Part shown: one piece after another, positions 8,303-17,508 of the stretch
Position numbering within the stretch: position 1 is the stretch's first letter
Layout of the letters: every line of letters begins with the position of its first letter
NCBI GenBank assembly: GCA_965248815.1
Contig: CBDFKK010000008.1
Location: 1,493,720 to 1,557,719 of the forward strand
Direction: 5' to 3'
Length of the DNA stretch: 64,000 bases
DNA from: Alphaproteobacteria bacterium
GTDB taxonomy: Bacteria; Pseudomonadota; Alphaproteobacteria; SMXP01
Made by a program: the position numbers and the translations under genes
The notes under the pieces: model-generated
Seen by the model: only the letters and a program-made list of their open reading frames with translations
The model's database searches: none
Told to the model about the DNA's origin: nothing

Positions 8303-9379
8303 GTGTGCAACAGCCGCCTCACAGCTTATGCTCCGGCCAAACGGAATGAATACAGTCAAAACAGGGGAAACATCATGCTTGGATCCGTCAACCTTAAGAA
8401 CATCTCGCGCCGCTCCACTTTATTTGGCCTGGGGGCCGGACTTAGTGCTGGTCTGGGCGCCGGCCTGGGAATGAGCGCCACGCCAGCTCTCGGCGCGTCG
8501 AAACTTCCTTTCGGCAATGCCGATGCCGCCGGGCTCGGTCTTGATTTCTCGAAAGCCGAAGACAATTTGACCGCTTGGGTCAAGCTTGCCTCGAGCCTCG
8601 AAGACGGCGTCGAGACCTGCGGTTATTTTGCCGGCAAACAATTTGCCGTCATCGGCAAACACGAAGTGATCAAGCCGCTGTTTCGCATTAAGGGATTCGG
8701 CATGAGCCGGGTCACAAAGCTGCCGGACGGACGCTATCAAAATCTGCACCGGGAGGTCGTCTATTATTACGACTTGAACGAGGACCGGATCCTCGAGACT
8801 TGGGAGAATCCCTATACGGGTGAGACCGTCGAGGTCTTTAGCACGCACAACGATCCGGTGAATTCACACTACTCGACGAGCTTCAAGCAAACCTTCGGCG
8901 ACCCGGAATCGGGCGTCGAGACGGTCGAGTTTCCGTTCATTCTACCGTGGGAAGTTCACGGCGATCGCGCCGTGTGCTCGTTTGAAGTCAACACGCGTTG
9001 GCCGTCGCCGCTGCCTGCGGACAAATGGCCACGCGAGAATTTTGGCGAGTGGTATCGCACCAGCGAGTATTTCCAAATTCACTCAAGTCTCGCAGAGCTC
9101 AACAATCCGGACATACCGAAAGTGAATTACACTGGCTCATGGCAAAAGGTGGCGCCATGGCATCCCTGGATGTTGATGGACAATGCCGAAGGTGGCCTTT
9201 TGGGCATTACCAGTGTGTTCTCTATGGACAGCACCGACGATCTGCCTCAGAGCGTGCGCGAGTACACTGAAGCAAATTATCCCAAGTACATGCATGCGCC
9301 TGAAGAGTGGACCGAGCCCAACATGGCGACCTGGGAGACCTTCGCCGCCGAGCGCACGCCCGCCCCGGCCAAGATGTAG
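8303..9379 (+). CDS. DUF1838-family protein, Tat-signal (paralog 2; likely start about 8375)
   Basis: It is divergent from paralog 1 across a shared 127-bp intergenic region. The Tat-like motif is ISRRSTLFGLGAG. Shared motifs include ILETWENPYTGETVEVF, DKWPRE and NYTGSWQKVAPWHPWMLM. Confidence 0.55.
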   Translation: MCNSRLTAYAPAKRNEYSQNRGNIMLGSVNLKNISRRSTLFGLGAGLSAGLGAGLGMSATPALGASKLPFGNADAAGLGLDFSKAEDNLTAWVKLASSLEDGVETCGYFAGKQFAVIGKHEVIKPLFRIKGFGMSRVTKLPDGRYQNLHREVVYYYDLNEDRILETWENPYTGETVEVFSTHNDPVNSHYSTSFKQTFGDPESGVETVEFPFILPWEVHGDRAVCSFEVNTRWPSPLPADKWPRENFGEWYRTSEYFQIHSSLAELNNPDIPKVNYTGSWQKVAPWHPWMLMDNAEGGLLGITSVFSMDSTDDLPQSVREYTEANYPKYMHAPEEWTEPNMATWETFAAERTPAPAKM

Positions 9380-9651
9380 GGGCGGCAACCGGGTCTGCTC
9401 TGGACAGAGCTTGCCCAGCTCAATCGGTGAGCAAGACCCCAGTGTCTGGCCGACAACGTTCGGATCCCTGCGAGCCGACGCGTAGGGAATGAGAGCCGCT
9501 GCCCGCTGGGGACGTTTGACGCCATTCTTATGCGCATCGCCGTGTTGATCTTCTTGCGCGAACAACGCACCGTCGTCACCTTGTAGAGGCGAACGATTCG
9601 ACTGGAGCGCCTGCGTGACGACATGAGATGCACCGATGAGATGATCGCTCG

Positions 9652-10200
9652 ATGATCGACAAAGCCGAATCCACAGAAAATGATACGCCACAACACAAAC
9701 GAACAGATGTCCGGCCCCTTACGGATGATCTCAAGCGGTCCTTGAGCACGGAATGCGATGACTTTTGTCGCTATCTGACTAATGACGTACCGGGCGACAG
9801 TCTCAAAACGCACTATGCCGAGGCGGCCCGGGTGCATGGTCTTGCATTTAAGGAAGACTTCACGCGCTTCGACCGCGCCACACTTGCGCTCGCCCTAAAA
9901 CACAAAACGCTCGCGCGATGGGTCGATGCCTATTGCGCCCTGTTCCATCGACGCGGCGCGCTGCGCCGCAAGCTCATCCTGCTGTCTGCCCTACTCGAAC
10001 ATACAGCGCCATCAAATGAAATATTTGATCATGCCGAAGGCCGAGGAGCTTTGCGCGCCGTCGCGAATTTAGCACTGCACGGCGCCTCTTTTGCCGTATC
10101 ACTAGTTTTGGGCACCCTCGTTCTGCTACCTATCGGCGTGATTTGCCTCTCAACGACAATGGCATCAGGCCGGACCGCCAAGGCGAGGCCGCAAGCATGA
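9652..10200 (+). CDS. Hypothetical protein with C-terminal hydrophobic segment
   Basis: 182-aa ORF whose end overlaps the start of the downstream oxidoreductase. I recognise no family. Confidence 0.3.
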   Translation: MIDKAESTENDTPQHKRTDVRPLTDDLKRSLSTECDDFCRYLTNDVPGDSLKTHYAEAARVHGLAFKEDFTRFDRATLALALKHKTLARWVDAYCALFHRRGALRRKLILLSALLEHTAPSNEIFDHAEGRGALRAVANLALHGASFAVSLVLGTLVLLPIGVICLSTTMASGRTAKARPQA

Positions 10201-11822
10201 AGATCATCGTCATTGGCTCGGGTCCGAGCGGTGTTCACTTTGCTCTCTCCGCTTTGCGCAAACGACACAGCGTCGTTATGATTGACGTCGGCCGATCGAA
10301 ACCCCCTGCCGTCTTGCCGGAGAATGACTTTCTCGGCCTCAAACGAAACTTGCCTGATCCAATTTCTTATTTCGCAGGGTCCGACTATAGCGGCCTGACC
10401 ATTCCATCGGCCGATCCAAATGACGAAAGCGAATATTACGGACTGCCACCTTCCAAAAACTATGTTTTCGAGCGGCCGGAAGCATTTTCATATATGGCTG
10501 ACGGACTGACCCCCCTAACGTCCTTCGCCGCAGGCGGGTTGGCAGAAAGTTGGACAGCAGGCAGCTATTCCTTGAATGACGACGAGTTCGCGCAATTTCC
10601 ATTTTGCTATGAGGATATTGAACCATTCTATGAAGAAGTCGCCGCTCGCATTGGCGTGACAGGAGATGAAGACGATTTAGCTGTGCACATGCCGGTCCTA
10701 GACCGCGCATCACCCGCCCTCAGGCTCGACGCCAGCAGCGACGCGTTACTCACCCGTTATGAGCACCGCCGCGATCAGCTCATCGCGAAGCACAAGGCGC
10801 GCATCGGCCGATCGCGCCAGGCTGTGCTGGCCCAAGACTTGGGCGAGCGCCAAGCCTGCACGTATTGTGGGCGATGCATATGGGGATGCCCGAACTGTGC
10901 TCTGTATACACCGTCGCTAACATTGTCGGAATGCCGCAGCCACGCGGCCTTCACCTACATCCCCCACCGCTTTGCCAGCCATTTTAACTTGAGCGCCGAC
11001 GGATCGATTGAAGACGTCGAAGCCTACGCCCTCGACAACGGTCAAAAGGAGCGCCACTGCGGTGATGCCTACGTCTTAGCCTGCGGAACGTTGAGCACGT
11101 CAAATGTAGTTCTTCGCTCGGTCTTTAAGTCTCAGAACGAAATCATTCGATTGCCCGGCCTGATTGACAACCGGCAAGTCTTGGCCCCGTTTCTCAACTT
11201 TGCGATGTTAGGAAAAGACTTCGAGCTGCAATCATACCAATATCACCAACTGGCTATTTGCCTCGAGAGTGAAAGGACAGATCGAAATGTCCACGGACAA
11301 ATTACAACGCTCACGACCGCGACCACGCACCCCATCTTTCAAAGCTTGCCCTTCGACTTGAAATCTGCGATCGGCGTCTTTCGAGAATTACGATCAAGTA
11401 TCGGCGTCGTGAACTTGAATTTTTGCGACTGGCGCCGCGACGACAACTATTTGACCTTGTCGACCAAAGGCCGCGAAAACGAGAATTGGCCCGCCCTGTC
11501 TATAAGATACAGACCTGCTCCGGGCGAAGCGGCGACAATCAAAGAGTCCTTGTCCAGCGTTCGGCACTTTTTTTTCGATCTCAAGGCGCCGCTCATCCCC
11601 GGCATGACTCATATCCGTCCCATGGGTGCCAGCGTTCACTACTCGGGAACGTTGCCTATGTCGCGCGAGCGCGAACCCTGGACCGTCTCAAGAGACTGTC
11701 AGTCCCATGACTTTGAAAATTTGTTTGTGGTGGATGGGGCGGTCATACCGTTTTTGCCGGCGAAAAACTTGACCTTCACGCTGATGGCAAACGCAGCGCG
11801 CGTTGCTGCAACCGTCTTTTAA
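10197..11822 (+). CDS. FAD-dependent oxidoreductase (GMC-oxidoreductase-like C-terminus) carrying an internal CxxCxxCxxxCP ferredoxin-type motif
   Basis: The N-terminal MKIIVIGSGPSGVHFAL is a Rossmann GxGxxG motif. The C-terminal FVVDGAVIPFLPAKNLTFTLMANAARVA resembles GMC_oxred_C. The internal CTYCGRCIWGCPNC is a 4Fe-4S-like signature. Confidence 0.55.
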   Translation: MKIIVIGSGPSGVHFALSALRKRHSVVMIDVGRSKPPAVLPENDFLGLKRNLPDPISYFAGSDYSGLTIPSADPNDESEYYGLPPSKNYVFERPEAFSYMADGLTPLTSFAAGGLAESWTAGSYSLNDDEFAQFPFCYEDIEPFYEEVAARIGVTGDEDDLAVHMPVLDRASPALRLDASSDALLTRYEHRRDQLIAKHKARIGRSRQAVLAQDLGERQACTYCGRCIWGCPNCALYTPSLTLSECRSHAAFTYIPHRFASHFNLSADGSIEDVEAYALDNGQKERHCGDAYVLACGTLSTSNVVLRSVFKSQNEIIRLPGLIDNRQVLAPFLNFAMLGKDFELQSYQYHQLAICLESERTDRNVHGQITTLTTATTHPIFQSLPFDLKSAIGVFRELRSSIGVVNLNFCDWRRDDNYLTLSTKGRENENWPALSIRYRPAPGEAATIKESLSSVRHFFFDLKAPLIPGMTHIRPMGASVHYSGTLPMSREREPWTVSRDCQSHDFENLFVVDGAVIPFLPAKNLTFTLMANAARVAATVF

Positions 11823-12820
11823 GCACCCTTTCGTCCCTGGTGAAGCTCCAGTGTTTCACCATATTCCTCATCTTGCCGCGGCCGACGAATTACATTTTCG
11901 ATGATGTAGAGTGGGCGACTTTTACCTTGCATGTAGATGCGACCCAAATACTCGCCAATGACACCCAGCACAAACAACTGACCGCTGCCCAATATCAACA
12001 CGACCGTCATCAAGGTGGTCCAGCCCTGGATGGCGATCCCAGTCACATAGCTGTGAACCGTATAGCTCATAAAGAAGAGCCCAATGAAGGCGCAGACAAA
12101 TCCTAAATAAGTCGCAAGTCTGAGGGGTAAGATTGAAAAGCCGGTAATGGCGTCAACAGCAAACCGAAACATTTTGCGAAAGGGATATTTTGATTCGCCT
12201 GCAAACCTTTGGTCTCGGTCGTAGAGCAGGGGAACTTGCTCAAATCCGATCCAGCTGATCATCCCGCGAATGAAGCGATGTTGCTCCGGCATTCGATTGA
12301 GTTCATTCAAGGCTCTGCGGCTCATTAGGCGAAAATCACCGGTATCATTCGGAATCCTGATGTCGGTCAGGCGATTCAAGAGCCGGTAGAACATGCGCGC
12401 GGAAAATCTCTTGAAGGGGGTTTCACCTTGTCGCTCTTGCCGCTGTCCGTAGACGACATCAGCCCCATTATCCATGAGCTTCATCATATCGGTCAGCAGC
12501 TCGGGCGGGTCCTGCAAATCAGCATCAATGATCAAGATGCGATCGCCCGTGCAGATGTTTAGACCGGCGGTCAGCGCCAACTGATGACCATGATTTCTGG
12601 ACAGAAAGACCCCTACTATATGTGGATCGTCATCAAACAGACTGCGGATAATCGATTGGGTCTCGTCCGTGGAACCATCGTCAACCAGTACGATTTCATA
12701 GTCGTCGCCGGCTTCCAACTGGCAGATATCGGTCAAACGACGGTACAGCTCCGCCAAAGACTCCTGTTCGTTATAACAGGGCGAAACAATTGAAATTTTT
12801 GGCGTGGCCGCAATTGACAT
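11819..12820 (-). CDS. Family-2 glycosyltransferase, polyprenyl-phosphate sugar transferase type (ArnC/GtrB/DPM1-like)
   Basis: IVSPCYNEQESL...IVLVDDGSTD...DADLQDPPEL are canonical GT2 motifs. Two C-terminal TM helices fit the ArnC/GtrB layout. Confidence 0.8.
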   Translation of the reverse strand: MSIAATPKISIVSPCYNEQESLAELYRRLTDICQLEAGDDYEIVLVDDGSTDETQSIIRSLFDDDPHIVGVFLSRNHGHQLALTAGLNICTGDRILIIDADLQDPPELLTDMMKLMDNGADVVYGQRQERQGETPFKRFSARMFYRLLNRLTDIRIPNDTGDFRLMSRRALNELNRMPEQHRFIRGMISWIGFEQVPLLYDRDQRFAGESKYPFRKMFRFAVDAITGFSILPLRLATYLGFVCAFIGLFFMSYTVHSYVTGIAIQGWTTLMTVVLILGSGQLFVLGVIGEYLGRIYMQGKSRPLYIIENVIRRPRQDEEYGETLELHQGRKGA

Positions 12821-13281
12821 AGTCGCTACCTAAGCAATCCGCTTGCCAGAGCTAACTCTGCTGCACACCCTAAACGTTGCAGGATGCATGGAAGTTTCTC
12901 CTTGAGAGCTCTAAAAGACCGTTAATCTTCCCTACGCATGCTCTCCGCATCTGTAGACGGCGCCCTTGAATCGTAAGGCCAGTCCGATGGCCGTCTACCC
13001 CGTCTGCAGAGCGCAGCTTTCCCCCTACCAGACCAAAAACCGCTTTGGCACCTCAAAGCCAGCGGGCACCAACTTCGGCAAAAAACGTCGCTGTTTTTGG
13101 TTTCAAGACTTCGAATTTACCACATTGCCATGACAATTCTGGGGTTGAAGCTGGTCGACTAGTGCCATTTTGAGAATTCCTTGACGTTTCGGCACATTGT
13201 GTCACGGCGCGCCTGGCACGCCAACGCGACTCCGGCAGCTCCCAAGCACAACATCAAATCGATCAAACCAGGTCGACGCTT

Positions 13282-14784
13282 CTAACTGAGTTTGAATTCA
13301 ACGCCTTGTGCAAGGGGGAGCTCTTTTGAGTAGTTCACTGTTTGGGTTTGCCGGCGCATGTATGACTTCCACGCGTCGGATCCCGACTCGCGGCCGCCGC
13401 CAGTATCTTTTTCGCCGCCGAAGGCTCCACCGATCTCTGCACCCGACGGGCCGATGTTGACATTAGCGATCCCGCAGTCGGATCCCGTTGCCGACAAGAA
13501 TCGCTCCGACTCGCGCAAATTGGTTGTGAAAATGCAAGACGAAAGACCTTGGTCAACGGCGTTGTGCATGTCGATCACCGCATCGAGTTCCGAGTAAGGC
13601 ATTACATATAGAATGGGTGCAAACGTTTCCCGTTCAACAACTTTCGTTTGCTCCTCAAGTTCCACAATCGCGGGACGCACGTAATATCCGCCTGGCACAT
13701 CTGCTGCTTCGACGCGTTCGCCGCCGGTAATCGCCGCACCATCTTTTTTGACCTCACCCAATGCCGTTTGCATATCGCTGAATGTGCGCTCGTCAATTAG
13801 CGGACCGATCAAGACGTCCTCTTGCAGCGGATTGCCCACTCTCAACGACGCGTAAGCTTTCTGTAGCCGATCGACCAATGATTGACGGACGTCTTCATGA
13901 ACGAAAACGCGACGCAAGCTTGTGCACCGCTGACCCGCTGTTCCCACCGCCGAAAAACAAATTGCGCGCATGGTCAATTCCATATCCGCGGACGGTGCGA
14001 CGATGGCGGCATTGTTGCCGCCGAGTTCAAGCAGCGTCCGGCCTAAGCGAGACGCGACGCGGGGGGCCACCTCACGCCCCATACGGCACGAGCCCGTAGC
14101 CGAAATGAGCGGAATGTGTTTGTCGTCAATCAAACGCTCACCCACTTGCCTATCTCCGAGCACCAGTTGCGACAAGCCTTCGGGGGCCTCTCCGAATTTT
14201 TGCGTCGCACGCTCAAACAAGGCTTGTGTTGCAAGGGCTGTCAGCGGTGTCTTCTCTGACGGCTTCCAGATCACACTGTCGCCGCAGACGAGCGCAAGCG
14301 CCGCGTTCCACGACCAGACCGCAACGGGAAAATTAAACGCTGTGATGATCCCCACGGGCCCGAGTGGATGCCAACGCTCGGCCATGTGATGGCCCGGACG
14401 TTCGGAAGCGATCGTTAGACCATAAAGTTGACGGGACAGACCGACAGCGAAATCGCAGATGTCGATCATCTCTTGGACTTCACCCAATCCCTCCGAGAGG
14501 ATTTTGCCGGACTCGATTGTCACCAAACGCCCAAGCGCCTCTTTGTTTTTCCGAAGTTCTTCGCCCAGCAACCGGACCAGCTCTCCGCGGCGCGGCGCCG
14601 GCACTGAACGCCAGTCTTTGAATGCCGAGACAGACGTTGCGATCTTGTTTTCGACTAAGCCTTGATCGTCGGTCCTGACCCGTCCGATCTCGCGTCCGTC
14701 AATTGGTGATTTCACGACTAGGTCGCCGGAAGCGAACTTGTCTTTGTCGAGTCCAAATCCGCTCAGCAATTTGTCTGGTTGCAT
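13282..14784 (-). CDS. amaB: ALDH7-type alpha-aminoadipic semialdehyde / piperideine-6-carboxylate dehydrogenase
   Basis: 500 aa. Near-colinear match to the antiquitin/AmaB family includes GEVQEMIDICDFAVGLSR, ITAFNFPVAV, LELGGNNAAIV, FSAVGTAGQRCT and GSDAWKSYMRRQT. Confidence 0.8.
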   Translation of the reverse strand: MQPDKLLSGFGLDKDKFASGDLVVKSPIDGREIGRVRTDDQGLVENKIATSVSAFKDWRSVPAPRRGELVRLLGEELRKNKEALGRLVTIESGKILSEGLGEVQEMIDICDFAVGLSRQLYGLTIASERPGHHMAERWHPLGPVGIITAFNFPVAVWSWNAALALVCGDSVIWKPSEKTPLTALATQALFERATQKFGEAPEGLSQLVLGDRQVGERLIDDKHIPLISATGSCRMGREVAPRVASRLGRTLLELGGNNAAIVAPSADMELTMRAICFSAVGTAGQRCTSLRRVFVHEDVRQSLVDRLQKAYASLRVGNPLQEDVLIGPLIDERTFSDMQTALGEVKKDGAAITGGERVEAADVPGGYYVRPAIVELEEQTKVVERETFAPILYVMPYSELDAVIDMHNAVDQGLSSCIFTTNLRESERFLSATGSDCGIANVNIGPSGAEIGGAFGGEKDTGGGRESGSDAWKSYMRRQTQTVNYSKELPLAQGVEFKLS

Positions 14785-15092
14785 CGCCGCCTCCCGAGCT
14801 CAAGAAATGCACGCCCGCAAATGCTGCCGCTCGTGACCTGGGAAACAAGCGGGCAGCTTCCGATCATTCAGTCAAATTCAATGCCAAATTATTAACATTT
14901 TCTTCAAGATCGACTGAAATAACGTCAAGATAGGTTAAATAGTCGGGACGCTATGCCATCGAATTTTATATGTTATTCATGTGAGTCGAAAGAAAGAATT
15001 CTATCTAAACATTAAGATCAAAACACACAGAATCAAATAAGCCTGAAGAAAGAAACCTTCCGAGTTAGTTCATAATTTCCAATACATTTCCC

Positions 15093-16253
15093 TTGAACGA
15101 TCAGGCTTGCGATATTTGCGATTCATCCCACGTTCAGCGTTTGAGTTCGACAATGTTGACAGTTGCAACCCGGCTAAACTTATTCAGCCAAGAGCTCAGA
15201 CATGACAACTTTCAGTTTGTTATGCTGCTGCTAGTCTTTTTGGTATCCGGCTTGTTGACTTTCGCGGGACTCACCACAATACCCAGGGTTGCCTCTTTAT
15301 ATTCTCTAGCGGAGGCGCCCAACCCTCACTTCATCGCCGACTTCGCCATTCTGCTATATGTCTGGACACCATTAGTTTCAATGGGCACGATCATCTTCAT
15401 GATGGCGCCCGGCATGGCGCTCTCCCTGGCGTTCGTAAAAACCGAGGCTTTTACAACTTGGCTCATCTCAAGTTTCGCCATCAGCCTCATTCTCGTAAGC
15501 GCTACCGCAGCAGTCATCCAAGAACTTATAGAAGAGCCGTTAGACGGCATCTCATTCTTTAGTACCGTTTCTTTGCTTATCGCCTTATCTGTTTGCTGCC
15601 TTGTCGCTGCAAATTTGCGCAATGCAAAGCCTCAGAGGTTCCACTGGCGTCAGTTTTCCGATCAACAACAGACAATTGTTTTTCTTCTGCTGGGACCAAT
15701 TTTCATTCTTATCGCACTTTCGCCCAAATTTTATTGGGAAAACTTTAATGGTGACGGCGCCCATACCTTCGAAGCGGCTCGCCTCTTGCTGAATATACCG
15801 CTTCCTTTTTTTGAGGCTGCCGCAGGTGGCACTGCGACTTTTCCTGGAATGACTAGTTTTCTTTTTATATATCCTGCCTCTTGGTTCGTGCGGCTTTTTG
15901 GCGAAATTGAATACGCAGTTCGACTGCCCTTGCTTCTCTATTTGCCTCTTATTTATGCACTTGTGTCGGCACTTGTTCAGCACGGCCGGCCGTTTCGACA
16001 GAATGTCATTCGAGATCTGCTTATATGGGGGGCACTGTCAGTATACACCTTAGCGCTTGGCTACAGCGCAACTTACAATCCATTTTTCGCCGATATCGCG
16101 CTCCCGGCGACGCAAGACACTCTTTTGATGGTGTGTTTTCTCAGCTTTGTCTTGTTCAGAGGTGGTTCGGTTTGTTTGAACAACTTTCGGACTGCGGATA
16201 AGTGGATTTCAGCCCCTGTTATGCCGCGACCGGGATTGGTTGCAGCACGTTGA
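15093..16253 (+). CDS. Polytopic membrane protein of unknown function; its 3' end is displaced by the IS3-family insertion
   Basis: 386-aa ORF with many predicted TM helices. The reading frame enters the IS at 16195. Removing the IS plus one copy of ACTG restores a 3' end terminating at TGA 17480-17482. Confidence 0.4.
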   Translation: MNDQACDICDSSHVQRLSSTMLTVATRLNLFSQELRHDNFQFVMLLLVFLVSGLLTFAGLTTIPRVASLYSLAEAPNPHFIADFAILLYVWTPLVSMGTIIFMMAPGMALSLAFVKTEAFTTWLISSFAISLILVSATAAVIQELIEEPLDGISFFSTVSLLIALSVCCLVAANLRNAKPQRFHWRQFSDQQQTIVFLLLGPIFILIALSPKFYWENFNGDGAHTFEAARLLLNIPLPFFEAAAGGTATFPGMTSFLFIYPASWFVRLFGEIEYAVRLPLLLYLPLIYALVSALVQHGRPFRQNVIRDLLIWGALSVYTLALGYSATYNPFFADIALPATQDTLLMVCFLSFVLFRGGSVCLNNFRTADKWISAPVMPRPGLVAAR

Positions 16254-17049
16254 AGTAAGCCTGATCGGGTGTCTGGCGGTCAAGCGATGAATGCGGTCTC
16301 TTGGTGTTATAAAAGACCAAATATTTGCCGAGGGCGGCTCGGGCTTGTGGAACATTGCCATAGGCATGCAGATAGACCTCCTCGTATTTGACCGTGCGCC
16401 ACAGCCGTTCAACAAAGACATTGTCCCGCCACGCTCCCTTGCCATCCATGCTGATGGCGATTTCAGCATCCTTCAGGATTTGTGTGAAAGCGATGGAGGT
16501 AAACTGCGAGCCCTGATCGGTGTTGAAGATGTCCGGCTTACCGTAACGGGCCAGTGCTTCTTCAACGGCTTCAATGCAAAAGTCTGCTTCCAGTGTGATA
16601 GAGAGCCGCCAGGACAGGACACGCCGGCTGAACCAGTCAACCACTGCGGCCAGATAAACAAAGCCCCGTGCCATTGGAATGTAGGTGATATCCATCGCCC
16701 AGACCTGATTGGGTTGGGTGACCGGCAGCTTACGCAACAGATAGGGATAGATTTTGTGGCCCGGTGCAGGCTTGGACGTGTTCGGGCGGCGATAAATAGC
16801 CTCAAGCCCCATACGCTTCATCAGTGTTGTGACGTGCAGGCGGCCAACCTTGTATCCTTCACCAAGCAATAGTCCCTGCAGCATCCTGCTGCCTGCAAAG
16901 GGATAGTCGAGATGCAATTCATCAATCCGGCGCATCAGTGCCAGATCACCGACCGATACGGGACGGGGCTGATAATAGACGCTGCCCCGGCTGATCTTGA
17001 GCGCCTTGGCCTGACGGCTGAGCGAGAGTTTATGTTTGCGGTCGATCAT
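16219..17049 (-). CDS. IS3-family transposase OrfB (DDE integrase core)
   Basis: 276 aa with the rve-type core ...WAMDITYIP...NTDQGSQFTS... Confidence 0.8.
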   Translation of the reverse strand: MIDRKHKLSLSRQAKALKISRGSVYYQPRPVSVGDLALMRRIDELHLDYPFAGSRMLQGLLLGEGYKVGRLHVTTLMKRMGLEAIYRRPNTSKPAPGHKIYPYLLRKLPVTQPNQVWAMDITYIPMARGFVYLAAVVDWFSRRVLSWRLSITLEADFCIEAVEEALARYGKPDIFNTDQGSQFTSIAFTQILKDAEIAISMDGKGAWRDNVFVERLWRTVKYEEVYLHAYGNVPQARAALGKYLVFYNTKRPHSSLDRQTPDQAYFNVLQPIPVAA

Positions 17050-17357
17050 TTTCTTGCGCTCGGCAATCCCGCCTTGGTGAGCGCATCGCCTAAAAAATCA
17101 TTCTCAAGCGTCAGCTCCCCAATCTTGGCATGGAGCCTCTTCACATCAACACGGGGTGCAGGCAGCGGTGATTTACCCTCCCGCCCAAAAACACCCGCTG
17201 CACCCTCAAGGAGCTGATCTTTCCATTGCTTGATCTGGTTAGGATGAACATCAAACTGCTGAGCGAGTTCTCCCAATGTCTGCTCACCGCGAACGGCCGC
17301 AAGGGCCACCTTCGACTTGAACGCAGGTGTATGATTGCGACGTGGTCGTCTTGCCAT
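17046..17357 (-). CDS. IS3-family transposase OrfA (HTH/leucine zipper); likely start at MARRPRR
   Basis: NHTPAFKSKVALAAVRGEQTLGELAQQFDVHPNQIKQWKDQLL is a Transposase_8-like HTH. The track ORF extends to 17408. Confidence 0.7.
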   Translation of the reverse strand: MARRPRRNHTPAFKSKVALAAVRGEQTLGELAQQFDVHPNQIKQWKDQLLEGAAGVFGREGKSPLPAPRVDVKRLHAKIGELTLENDFLGDALTKAGLPSARK

Positions 17358-17508
17358 AGTGGATCTCCTGTTGCCGGCGATCATGCCGCCTACAGGCCAA
17401 AATTCCACTTATCTCAACTGTGCAGATTTCCCGAGCCACTTCTAAGGCGATTCTTATAGAGATTTTGACAATTCAGTACTGAAATGGAGCGAACCTCTAT
17501 TTCGCAAA

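Larger units (their letters stand above)
16195..17416 (-). mobile_element. IS3-family insertion sequence (about 1.22 kb) with imperfect terminal inverted repeats and a 4-bp ACTG flanking direct repeat
   Basis: The left end is CGGATAAGTGGATTTCAGCCCC. The right end, reverse-complemented, is TGAGATAAGTGGAATTTTGGCC. ACTG lies at 16191-16194 and 17417-17420. orfA and orfB overlap by ATGA. Confidence 0.7.
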
